From NCBI GenBank assembly GCA_964521295.1, contig CAZFRF010000001.1, forward strand, positions 774,738 through 838,737: a stretch of 64,000 nt of DNA, in the 5' to 3' direction. Shown here in pieces: positions 9,734-18,700 of this stretch. Numbering within the stretch: the stretch's first letter is position 1; every line of letters begins with the position of its first letter. A program made the translations under genes and the position numbers. The notes under the pieces were generated by a model. It was given only the letters and a program-made list of their open reading frames with translations, did not search any database and was not told where the DNA came from. The DNA comes from an uncultured Gammaproteobacteria bacterium (GTDB lineage Bacteria > Patescibacteriota > Microgenomatia > Levybacterales > UBA12049).

Positions 9734-10645
9734 TATATGATTAAAACAGAATTAAGTTCAGTATTAAAAGATACAGCAGGTTTGGCTCTTCAGGGCGGAA
9801 TTTTTGCGCCTGAGACTCCTTCTGGAATAGATCTATCTCCATCTTTACAGGTAATGGAAAAAAGATTAGTTGATGGTTTAAGAGAAAATGGTAGAGCAGT
9901 ATATGGATTAGATAATCCAGAGGGAATGGATTTTACAATGGCATTAGGTCCTTATGCAAAATTAATTTTGGTTTTTAAGCAACGCAGGGAAACTTTACCA
10001 ACTCCCGTGACAGCATTTGGAACTATTGCTCCAGACTCAAATTATTTATCAGGTCAATTAAGATTAGCATTTATGGCAAGATATAGTGGAGGAGCATTTC
10101 AGGTTCCCTGGGAATATGATCCAGATAATACATTAGTTAAGCCTTCTACAATTGATACTTATTTATCTGCGGTTAATGAATTAGGCTCAGTAGGAGACCA
10201 TGAGCCCTCTCGTCCAGTTTCAGTTGCAGATCCTAGGCATTTACTTACGGCAATGAGTGAGTTTAATTTAGGATCAGTTGCATCTTCGCAGATTAACTCT
10301 GTAGATGTAACTCAAAGGCCACATGTAGGCGATGTGTGGGAAGCGAATCGTGGAATGTTTCCAATTATTTCAGCTCAAGAAATGGGTAATTTAGAAAACG
10401 ATTTAGTATGGGCGCCATTTACAGTTACAAAAAAATATTCTAGATCTGATAGTTTGCCATTTGGAGTCATGTTAAAACCAGAAAATCTTGATTTAGAAGC
10501 ATTAGGTAGGGGAAGAATTGTACCAGCTAAAGCAAATATTCCTGGTTCTTTGGAGATGATTCAGCAATTAGGTTTTGCAACTCTTCTTACCAAGGGCAAT
10601 GCCGTTGATAATTTTAAAAGAATCCTAGAAAGGAGAGTTGTTTAA
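9731..10645 (+). CDS. hypothetical protein (304 aa), Ala/Gly/Pro-rich, no family recognised
   Basis: First gene of cassette; composition and GC (~38-40%) above flanking genes; acidic, Lys-poor. Confidence 0.55.
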   Translation: MYMIKTELSSVLKDTAGLALQGGIFAPETPSGIDLSPSLQVMEKRLVDGLRENGRAVYGLDNPEGMDFTMALGPYAKLILVFKQRRETLPTPVTAFGTIAPDSNYLSGQLRLAFMARYSGGAFQVPWEYDPDNTLVKPSTIDTYLSAVNELGSVGDHEPSRPVSVADPRHLLTAMSEFNLGSVASSQINSVDVTQRPHVGDVWEANRGMFPIISAQEMGNLENDLVWAPFTVTKKYSRSDSLPFGVMLKPENLDLEALGRGRIVPAKANIPGSLEMIQQLGFATLLTKGNAVDNFKRILERRVV

Positions 10646-11130
10646 TGATGCCTTATGTTGAGGCTTTTACTCCTCAGAAAAGAATTGAACCAATTGTTCC
10701 CCAGGCTACTCAATCAGAATGGGAGCTTGGTGGAGCCGTTTTTCAGTTTGGCTCTATGGAGGAAATGCTTTCTGCCGCTCAACAGCCAATAGTAGAAGTA
10801 GGAGAGGTGAAATTAGAGCCTTCTTTAAATATTGAGGATGATTTCTCCCGTGCTCGTAGAATAATTAATGCAAATTTAGGCGTCTTTACTCAATTGCAAA
10901 GTTCAATTATGATGCGTGCTCAACAATTACAGATTGCTTGTCATCCTCATAATTCATCAATGACAACTATGACATCTCCAATGAGTAATTTAGGAAACGG
11001 TGAATTTGCTAGCGGCGCATTCCTAGGAAATTTAGGAGGAGAAAAACAAACTCATTCTACTGAGCAGCATGGTCACTGTAGTTCATGCGGAGCAGATTTA
11101 AAAGGTGGAAAATGTCCAAAATGTTCATAA
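10645..11130 (+). CDS. hypothetical protein (161 aa) with C-terminal zinc-ribbon
   Basis: Start overlaps upstream stop (ATGATG/TAATG coupling); C-terminus 'CSSCGADLKGGKCPKCS'. Confidence 0.5.
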   Translation: MMPYVEAFTPQKRIEPIVPQATQSEWELGGAVFQFGSMEEMLSAAQQPIVEVGEVKLEPSLNIEDDFSRARRIINANLGVFTQLQSSIMMRAQQLQIACHPHNSSMTTMTSPMSNLGNGEFASGAFLGNLGGEKQTHSTEQHGHCSSCGADLKGGKCPKCS

Positions 11131-11143
11131 AGGAGGTGATTAA

Positions 11144-11308
11144 GTGAAATTTTACAATGTCAAAACAAGACAATCCGTTGAAATTGATGACTCTAAAGTC
11201 CAGGTCATAACAATGAAAAACGGAAAGTTAGCAGCTAAAGCTGAAGATAATGGAATTGGTTTATTCAAAATATTAAGCAGAGAAGACGCTGCAAGACTCA
11301 ACAAGTAA
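11144..11308 (+). CDS. unannotated 54-aa protein (GTG start), SH3-barrel/Sul7d-like pattern
   Basis: Perfect SD 'AAGGAGGTGA' then GTG at 11144; ORF VKFYNVKTRQSVEIDDSKVQVITMKNGKLAAKAEDNGIGLFKILSREDAARLNK*; followed by terminator; not in supplied ORF track (track has an antisense ORF 11152..11376 instead). Confidence 0.45.
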   Translation: MKFYNVKTRQSVEIDDSKVQVITMKNGKLAAKAEDNGIGLFKILSREDAARLNK

Positions 11309-11330
11309 TTGATCTGTATTTTACGCAATA

Positions 11331-11362
11331 CATGGGAGACCTTTGGTCTCCCATGGTGTTTG
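11331..11362 (+). terminator. rho-independent terminator 'catgggagacc-tttg-ggtctcccatg' + T-rich tail
   Basis: 11-bp perfect GC-rich stem 11331-11355 followed by 'gtgtttgt'. Confidence 0.65.
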
Positions 11363-11388
11363 TAAAAAGTTTGCATTAAATTTACAAT

Positions 11389-11820
11389 ATGATAATATCA
11401 GCTAGAATGAAAAATATTAAAGATTTAGGAATTAAATCAACTAACTCTAGAGTTGCAGTTTTAAACTTTTTAGAAAAAGCAGAGAAGCCTTACGATGTCC
11501 AGGCAATAATTGAATATTTAAGAGCTTCAGGATTGTCAACTGATCAAGCAACTGTTTATAGAATTTTAGACCTATTTTATAAAAAGGGAATAGTACAAAA
11601 AATTGAATTAGGAGAAGGTAAGTACAGATATGAAAAAACCCAAGCTCATCATCATCACTTAATCTGTACTAATTGTGGAAGCATAGAGGATGTAAGTGGG
11701 GATTTCGTTGCTGATATAGAAGAAAATATAAAAAAGAATAAGGGATTTGAAGTTAAAAGTCATTCATTGGAATTTTTTGGATTATGTAAAAATTGTCAAT
11801 CTCATTCTTTATCTTCGTAA
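11389..11820 (+). CDS. Fur-family metal-responsive transcriptional regulator (Fur/Zur/PerR)
   Basis: wHTH N-domain, 'HHHHLICTNCGSIEDV' and C-terminal 'CKNC' metal sites. Confidence 0.8.
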   Translation: MIISARMKNIKDLGIKSTNSRVAVLNFLEKAEKPYDVQAIIEYLRASGLSTDQATVYRILDLFYKKGIVQKIELGEGKYRYEKTQAHHHHLICTNCGSIEDVSGDFVADIEENIKKNKGFEVKSHSLEFFGLCKNCQSHSLSS

Positions 11821-11963
11821 CTGCAATTTTTTAATTTATATTTTAGCTTAAAATTTTACCCTCAAAACACATATAAGAATAAAAGAGATTTTGTTTGATT
11901 TTAGGTTTTAATTATTTGGGGGATATAACAGTTTCGGTGTTAATCTCTCTTCTTGAGCATTAA

Positions 11964-12752
11964 TTATTCTTTTAAAGCTGCTTCTATTTGTGCTTTGATT
12001 TGAGAGTAGGGAACTGCCCCGGTAATTTGAACTCCATTGACAAAGGTTGCTGGTGTTCCTGTTACTCCTGCGGCCTGTCCTTCTGATAAGTCTTTATCAA
12101 TGTTTGCTTGATATTTCCTATTTGTTAAGCAACTGTTAAAGCTAGTAGTATCCATGCCTAAGGTTCCTGCTACTTGAGTTAATTTATCAACGGTATACAT
12201 AGATATATCGCTTTCTGGTGGTTGATTTTCATAGAAGTATTTATGCATTTCCCAGAATTTACCTTGTTCGTTTGCACATTCCGCTGCGTTAGCTGCGACT
12301 ACAGAAGGATCACCTAAGAAAGCAAATTGTCTAAAATATAAGACTGCTTTTCCTGCATCAACATACTCTTTAATAAATTGTTGCTCTGATTCGGTATATA
12401 GTTGTTCGCAGAATGGACATCTGAAATCTGCAAATACAATAATTTTAACTTTAGCATTTGGATCTCCCTTGGCTGGTAGGTGACCGACTGCAACATCAAC
12501 TTTAGCGGCTGGAGCTTGTTGTTCTCCAGAGCCATCATCGAGAGCAGTTGGAGCTGTATTTGTTCCTAGGTTACCGGTTCCCTTTTCTAAATATTGAACT
12601 TTAGTAATTAATACTCCAAGTAAAAAAGCAGCGATAACTAATAGTACAGCGAGTATCGGTGTGTAGTTTTTGGGCCTATAAGAAAGAGCAGAGGATGCAG
12701 CTACTGTTGTAGTTTTTTTGATTGATTTGAGTATAGATTTGCCCTTTGGCAT
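11964..12752 (-). CDS. membrane-anchored DsbA-like thiol:disulfide oxidoreductase
   Basis: N-terminal TM, thioredoxin fold with 'FRCPFCEQ' CxxC active site. Confidence 0.75.
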   Translation of the reverse strand: MPKGKSILKSIKKTTTVAASSALSYRPKNYTPILAVLLVIAAFLLGVLITKVQYLEKGTGNLGTNTAPTALDDGSGEQQAPAAKVDVAVGHLPAKGDPNAKVKIIVFADFRCPFCEQLYTESEQQFIKEYVDAGKAVLYFRQFAFLGDPSVVAANAAECANEQGKFWEMHKYFYENQPPESDISMYTVDKLTQVAGTLGMDTTSFNSCLTNRKYQANIDKDLSEGQAAGVTGTPATFVNGVQITGAVPYSQIKAQIEAALKE

Positions 12753-12826
12753 ACAAGCATTTTATTTTTTTTGCAAACTCGTGTCAATAGGAGAAACCAC
12801 TATACGAAAGGTAAGTAAGGAATTGT

Positions 12827-12853
12827 TTGACAACGCTTGGTTTATCGTATAAT
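12827..12853 (+). promoter_or_regulatory. putative promoter TTGACA-15-TATAAT, -10 located 9 nt from ATG 12863
   Basis: TTGACA 12827-12832, TATAAT 12848-12853. Confidence 0.35.
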
Positions 12854-12862
12854 CTCAAACTA

Positions 12863-13864
12863 ATGAACAAAGTTGTCTTTTTTGAAATGGAGTCATGGGA
12901 AGAGGAGTATGTTAAAAAGATTCTTAATCTGGAAAATTCCGTATCTACTTCTGAAAAATTAACTTTAGCCAACGTGTCGAATTTTACCGAGGCAGAGGCA
13001 ATATCAATCTTTATCTATTCCGAAATTACCAAAGAATTAATAGATAGTTTGCCTAATCTAAAGTTTATTACTACTAGATCAATGGGCTATGACCACATAG
13101 ATATTAATTATTGCAAAGAGAAGGGAATTAAAGTTGCTTATGTTCCTACTTATGGATCACATACAGTTGCAGAACATACATTTGCTTTAATTTTGGCTAT
13201 TTCACGAAAAATTGTATCTTCAGTTGAAAGAGCCAGAAGTGGAGAATTCGGCAATGCAGGACTTGAAGGCTTTGATTTATTTGGTAAAACAATTGGTTTG
13301 ATTGGTACTGGTCATATTGGTAAAAACGTAGCTAGTCTTGCTCTAGCTTTTGGAATGAAGGTTCTAGCTTACAGTAGGCATGAAGACGAGGAGCTAAAAG
13401 CAAAAGGAGTTAACTTTGTTTCGCTGGATGAGCTATTAACGTCTTCTGATATTGTTTCCTTGCATCTTCCTCACACTAAAGAAACAGAGCACATTATCAA
13501 TATGGATTTATTATCTAAGTTTAAAAAAGGCGCTGTCTTAATTAATACAGCTAGAGGTGCTTTAGTTGAAACTGCTGCAATAGCGGAAGGATTAGAGAAG
13601 GGAATCTTTGCAGGGGTTGGTCTAGATGTATTAGAAGAAGAAGCAGATTTGCGAGAAGAAAGAGAGCTTTTGTCATCTGAATATCTTGCTAAAGTTGATT
13701 TAAAAACCCAACTATTAAATCATGTTTTGCTTACACAACAGGATGTAATTATTACTCCCCACAATGCATTTAATAGTAGAGAAGCCTTGCAAGAAATATT
13801 AGAAACTACAATTTCTAATGTAAAAGGATATTTGCAGGGCAATCTAATCAATATTATTGAATAA
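12863..13864 (+). CDS. D-isomer-specific 2-hydroxyacid dehydrogenase (D-lactate/phosphoglycerate DH family)
   Basis: NAD-binding 'GLIGTGHIGKNVA', catalytic R/E/H blocks ('TARGALV', 'ITPHNAFNS'); start at internal ATG 12863. Confidence 0.85.
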   Translation: MNKVVFFEMESWEEEYVKKILNLENSVSTSEKLTLANVSNFTEAEAISIFIYSEITKELIDSLPNLKFITTRSMGYDHIDINYCKEKGIKVAYVPTYGSHTVAEHTFALILAISRKIVSSVERARSGEFGNAGLEGFDLFGKTIGLIGTGHIGKNVASLALAFGMKVLAYSRHEDEELKAKGVNFVSLDELLTSSDIVSLHLPHTKETEHIINMDLLSKFKKGAVLINTARGALVETAAIAEGLEKGIFAGVGLDVLEEEADLREERELLSSEYLAKVDLKTQLLNHVLLTQQDVIITPHNAFNSREALQEILETTISNVKGYLQGNLINIIE

Positions 13865-13951
13865 ATATTTTGTTCATGAGTTTTAGTTACTATACTTTTA
13901 TTCCATAGTTGACGAAATTAAAAAGTTTATGTAAATTAGTAAAGCAGATAT

Positions 13952-14278
13952 ATGGCAGACTTAGTTTTAACAGATCAAAATTTTCAACAGGAAGTTCTTT
14001 CTTCAGAAATGCCAGTGTTAGTAGATTTTTGGGCTACTTGGTGTGCTCCATGTAGAATAGTTGGCCCAATTATTGAAGAATTAGCAACAGAATATCAGGG
14101 TAAACTAAAAGTTGGAAAATTAGATGTTGATGTAAATGGTCAAGCTTCGCAAAATTATGGAGTAATGAGTATTCCAACTGTCATGCTTTTTAAAAAGGGC
14201 CAGCCGGTAAAAGTATTAGTTGGGGCACAAAGCAAAGATAATTATAAAAGAGAAATTGAAGCTATCTTAAACGGATAA
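13952..14278 (+). CDS. trxA: thioredoxin
   Basis: 'VDFWATWCAPCR' active site, 108 aa. Confidence 0.9.
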   Translation: MADLVLTDQNFQQEVLSSEMPVLVDFWATWCAPCRIVGPIIEELATEYQGKLKVGKLDVDVNGQASQNYGVMSIPTVMLFKKGQPVKVLVGAQSKDNYKREIEAILNG

Positions 14279-14295
14279 TCTGTCCTTACCTTCTT

Positions 14296-15213
14296 ATGGA
14301 AAACATTTATGACGTCATTATTATTGGAAGCGGTCCCGCTGGTTTAACCTCAGCAATTTATACAACGCGTGCAGATTTAAAAACTCTTGTTATTGCTGGT
14401 GGCAAATGGGGAGGGCAACTAATGTTAACCACATTAGTAGAGAATTTTCCAGGATTTCCAGAAGGTATTCAAGGACCAGAGCTTATGGCAAATATGCGAA
14501 AACAGGCTGAAAAATTTGGCACAGAATTTTTAGATGAGGAGTTTATTGCTGCAGATTTTTCTAGTAAACCCTTTATTATTACAGCTTCAGATAAAACTTT
14601 TAAAGCTAAAAGTGTCATTATTGCTACGGGAGCAGATACGAAATGGTTAGGAGTTCCTGGGGAGCTAGAGAAGATTGGTAGAGGCGTATCGAGCTGCGCA
14701 CCATGCGATGCTGTATTTTTTAGAAATAAAAATGTAATTGTAGTTGGCGGAGGAGACAGTGCAATGGAGGAAGCAATGGTTTTAACTAAATTTGCTAGCT
14801 CTGTAACTTTAATTCATAGAAAAGATAGTTTTAGAGCTTCAGAAATTATGCAAAAAAGAGTCAAGGAAAATCCAAAGATTAAAATTATGTTCAATAGTGA
14901 AATAGTTGAAGTTTTAGGGGAGAACAATGTAACAGGAGTTAAGGTTAAGAATAGTTTAGACAACAGCGTGTCTGAAATGTCAATCGATGGTGTTTTTGTG
15001 GCAATTGGTCATATGCCTAATACCAAAGTCTTTAAAGATATCGATCTTGATGAAGCAGGTTTTATAAAAGTTCATGATCATTTTTTAACCAATAAAGAAG
15101 GTGTATTTGTAGCAGGTGATGTTCATGATTCGCATTATAAGCAAGCAATAACTGCAGCAGGATACGGTTGCGCTGCGGCTTTAGAAGTTGAAAAATGGCT
15201 GTCTAATATGTAG
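14296..15213 (+). CDS. trxB: thioredoxin-disulfide reductase
   Basis: FAD 'IIGSGPAG', redox 'CAPCD', NADPH 'VVGGGDSAMEEA'; adjacent to trxA. Confidence 0.85.
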   Translation: MENIYDVIIIGSGPAGLTSAIYTTRADLKTLVIAGGKWGGQLMLTTLVENFPGFPEGIQGPELMANMRKQAEKFGTEFLDEEFIAADFSSKPFIITASDKTFKAKSVIIATGADTKWLGVPGELEKIGRGVSSCAPCDAVFFRNKNVIVVGGGDSAMEEAMVLTKFASSVTLIHRKDSFRASEIMQKRVKENPKIKIMFNSEIVEVLGENNVTGVKVKNSLDNSVSEMSIDGVFVAIGHMPNTKVFKDIDLDEAGFIKVHDHFLTNKEGVFVAGDVHDSHYKQAITAAGYGCAAALEVEKWLSNM

Positions 15214-15336
15214 TCATTGTTTTGAGCTTATTTTTATATTAAAATCACTTTTATGATAAAGAAAACTACAATTATTAGCATTATTATTGCCTCCTAGAGG
15301 AGGAATGCTAGTTTTGTAGAAATACAAACAAAGTAT

Positions 15337-15360
15337 GCCTCCCAGACGGGAGGTTTTTTT
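15337..15360 (+). terminator. rho-independent terminator 'cctccc-agac-gggagg' + T7
   Basis: Stem 15337-15353 followed by 'ttttttt'. Confidence 0.6.
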
Positions 15361-15380
15361 ATGGAAAAGGAGGTGAAATT

Positions 15381-15692
15381 ATGTCGCCAGAAGTAGTAAT
15401 TGAAAATGCAGTTGGACAAGTAATAAGAAAGATTATATTACCTGATGCTGTTAATTCAACTTGTGAAGCTGAAGATGTGTTAGCAAAAGTGATTAAACCT
15501 GGAGCTGTAAGACTATCGACAGGATTAGTAGCTGGAGCTCAAGAAGTTTTAAGTAGAAAATATGTTGATAAAGGAATCTTGGTGAATTTCGCAGCTGGAG
15601 AAAATAGGGTGGATTTACGAAGGGTAAGCGCAGAGGGTGAAGTGAGTTTTGTTTCTGTTATCGCACGGCCTATTGGAGTAAGGATTCGGTAG
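15381..15692 (+). CDS. hypothetical protein (103 aa), Ala/Val/Gly-rich
   Basis: Perfect SD 'AAAGGAGGTGA' + ATG; immediately upstream of subtilase gene. Confidence 0.5.
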   Translation: MSPEVVIENAVGQVIRKIILPDAVNSTCEAEDVLAKVIKPGAVRLSTGLVAGAQEVLSRKYVDKGILVNFAAGENRVDLRRVSAEGEVSFVSVIARPIGVRIR

Positions 15693-15741
15693 GTTTCTTA
15701 GCGTATTGACATTGATATAGGCTTATGTCTAAATAAATTAA

Positions 15742-18700
15742 GTGGAAGAAAGCTCTTTTGTTGATAATAAAATCGCTTCATCGTCAAATCTAAATAATTC
15801 TAGCGTGGATTGGCTAAGAAAGAATCTTAAATTTATTTTTCCCTGTGTTTTGGTTGTGTTTTTGCTCTTTTTTATAGGTTTATTGTTATTTAATAAGCAA
15901 CCAAATGAGAAAATAATTGCCGTAAAAGGAGTAGAGGATTCAAGAATAAAAACAGTAGGTTATATTGTTGAATTTAAAGACCCACCTTTAAATAATTTAT
16001 CAAGAACTAATGAGTCATTCTATTCAGCTAAAGAGAAGGCTGCTGATAGTGTTTTAAGTATTTTAAATAAGAATGCTTTTTCTTTAACAAGCAATGATGT
16101 CAATAATCTAAAAGTAAGAGCTCAGTTTAGTAGTGTTTTAAATGGAATTGCAGTTGATGTTACAGAGGAAGAAGCAGAAAAGATAAAAGAATCTCCTTAT
16201 GTTAAGGCTGTATATCCTGATCGTGAAGTGCGAGTAAATCTTTATCAATCAGTTCCTTTAATGGGAGCAAATAGAGTTTGGGAGTTGACTGATCAGGCAA
16301 ATAATAATGTAACAGGTAAGGGAGTTAAGGTTGCAATTTTAGATACAGGCGTGGATTATACAAATGCTGATCTGGGCGCAACGCCTCTTAAAGAAAGGTC
16401 TTTGACTAAAATTACTCCAAAGCCATTATTTGATGAATTTTTAGCATATTGGGATCATACGATTGCCTATGATAAAGATAGGCTTTTATATCCATTAAGT
16501 AACGATTCAGTGGGTATTTATTCATTTAAAGATAAAAAACTAACTAAAGTTAATTTATCTACTCCAATTTCTAAGCCTGGAATAGATAGAGTATTTTTAG
16601 AAGGACAGAAAATTATTTATATGTCTGCTAATTCGAAACAAATGGGTTTGTTTGTTAAGGATTTGACAACAAATAAAACTACCAAAATTTCCGATCTCGG
16701 TCAAATAGGGCATTGGGCAACAGCTGGTAATGTTGATTACTCAAACGGGAATGTAATTTATGCTAGCAGAACAGGATCAAAAGATGCAAAAGGAAGAGTT
16801 TTATATAATATTTATTCTTACGATCTTTCGGCTAAAAAACAAACAAAATTAATAGACAATACGACTTCACTCCCCGCGATTCATGTTTATGGAAAAACAT
16901 TAATTTATTCCTTGTTTATCTCTAAAGACAAGGGATATAGGATTTTTAAAATTGATTTAAACACCAACAAAAGACAAGTTTTGTATGTTCCTAAAGCAGG
17001 GCAATTGGTAGATTTTAAAGGAGATAATATTTTATATGCAGCTAATGCTAAATTGGGTTACAGATCTTATTATCTTTATAATCTAGTTACAAAAAAAGCT
17101 CAAGAAATTCATTATCCAGCGGATGATAATTCAGTGCCAAATAAATATTATAAATCCGAGTCCCAAGCATGGACTGCTTTTGCTGAGCCTGATTATCCAG
17201 AAGGATTTATTGGAGATGGCGTAGTTTTCTTTGAAACAAGCTTTATTTCAGATGTTGGCAAGATGGCCGTATATGATTTAAATAATAATAAATACGCAAA
17301 GATAAATGTGATTATACCATCCTCTACGGTTACAGGATCTGGAAATAGAATTTGTTTTATTTCTTCTGGAGACCTAAATATTTATTGTCATGTTTATGAT
17401 CCGAACTATAATTATGCACTTCCTACGAATTTATTTAATTCTAAGGTTGTTGGGGGATACAATTTTATTGATAACAGCAACAATCCAATTGATGATATGG
17501 GTCATGGTACGCATGTGGCAGGAATAGTGGGGGGAAATGGATCTTTAAAGGGAGTTGCTCCAGGAGTTGAGATAGTTGCATATAAGGTTTTGGATTATTC
17601 AGGTTCTGGTAGTACTTCCAAGATTCTTTCAGCAATTGATGCGGCGATAGCAACAAGGCTTGATGATGATCAGACAAATGACATTTCTGTACTAAGTATG
17701 AGTTTGGGCGCTTATTGTGATAAATATGATGCGAAATGTGGGCCAAATGATGTTTTGTCGCGTGCTGTAGATAGAGCAAGTGTAAATGGAATTACTTCTG
17801 CAATTTCTGCTGGTAATGATGGTCCTTATAACTCGAGTATTAATAGTCCTGGTACGGCAAGGACAGCAATTACTGTGGGAGCAGTTACTAAATCCAAACA
17901 AATAACTTCGTATAGCTCACGAGGTCCAGTAATTTTGGGAGATGAAGTTATTCAAAAGCCGGATGTATTAGCTCCAGGGCATGATATTTGCTCATCTTTG
18001 CTTAATGGTTACGCTTTGCCAGGTGATGAGCGGTGTTTTGATAATAAACATATTTTCATGTCGGGTACAAGTATGGCAGCACCTCATATTGCAGGAGTTG
18101 TTGCTTTGATTAAGCAAATGTATTCTGATTGGACACCATCTGAAATAAAAAATGCGATCATGAGCAATGCGGACTTATTAGTTTATCCAGCAAATACACA
18201 AGGAGCAGGATTTGTTAATGTAGCTAGAGTATTTTCTCTATTTCCAAGTCCAACTTCCACTTTAACTCCGACTCCTACTAATATAAGTAATTCAAGCGTT
18301 GTTAAGACAGTTAAGACAATTGAGCTTCAGCCAATTGCTGATACATATGTAAAATCTGATCAGGTTAATACAAATTTTGGTAAAGGAGCAACGCTTATTG
18401 CTGATAATGATTCGATTGCTTATAGCTATCTTAAGTTTAGTCTGAATAGCCTTAAAGGTAAGACTCTTTTGAAAGCTACTCTGCAGGTTCAAGTAGCACC
18501 AGGAGCTGATTCTGAATCAACTTTATCTAAGGGAATTCAGGCTTATTTAGTTAATAACACATCGTGGTCTGAAATAAATTTGAATTACAAAACTAAATTA
18601 AAAAATGACAAGCTGCTTGCAACTCTAAGCGGAGTCAAAGAGTCTGGAGACGTGCTTTCTTTTAATATTACTTCAGGTATCAGTGGTAAATTTGGCTCGT

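Noticed and set aside
11152-11376. 74-aa minus-strand ORF
   Set aside because: It is antisense to a plus-strand 54-aa ORF that has a perfect SD, and it spans the plus-strand terminator hairpin. There is no RBS and it reads through the terminator stem.
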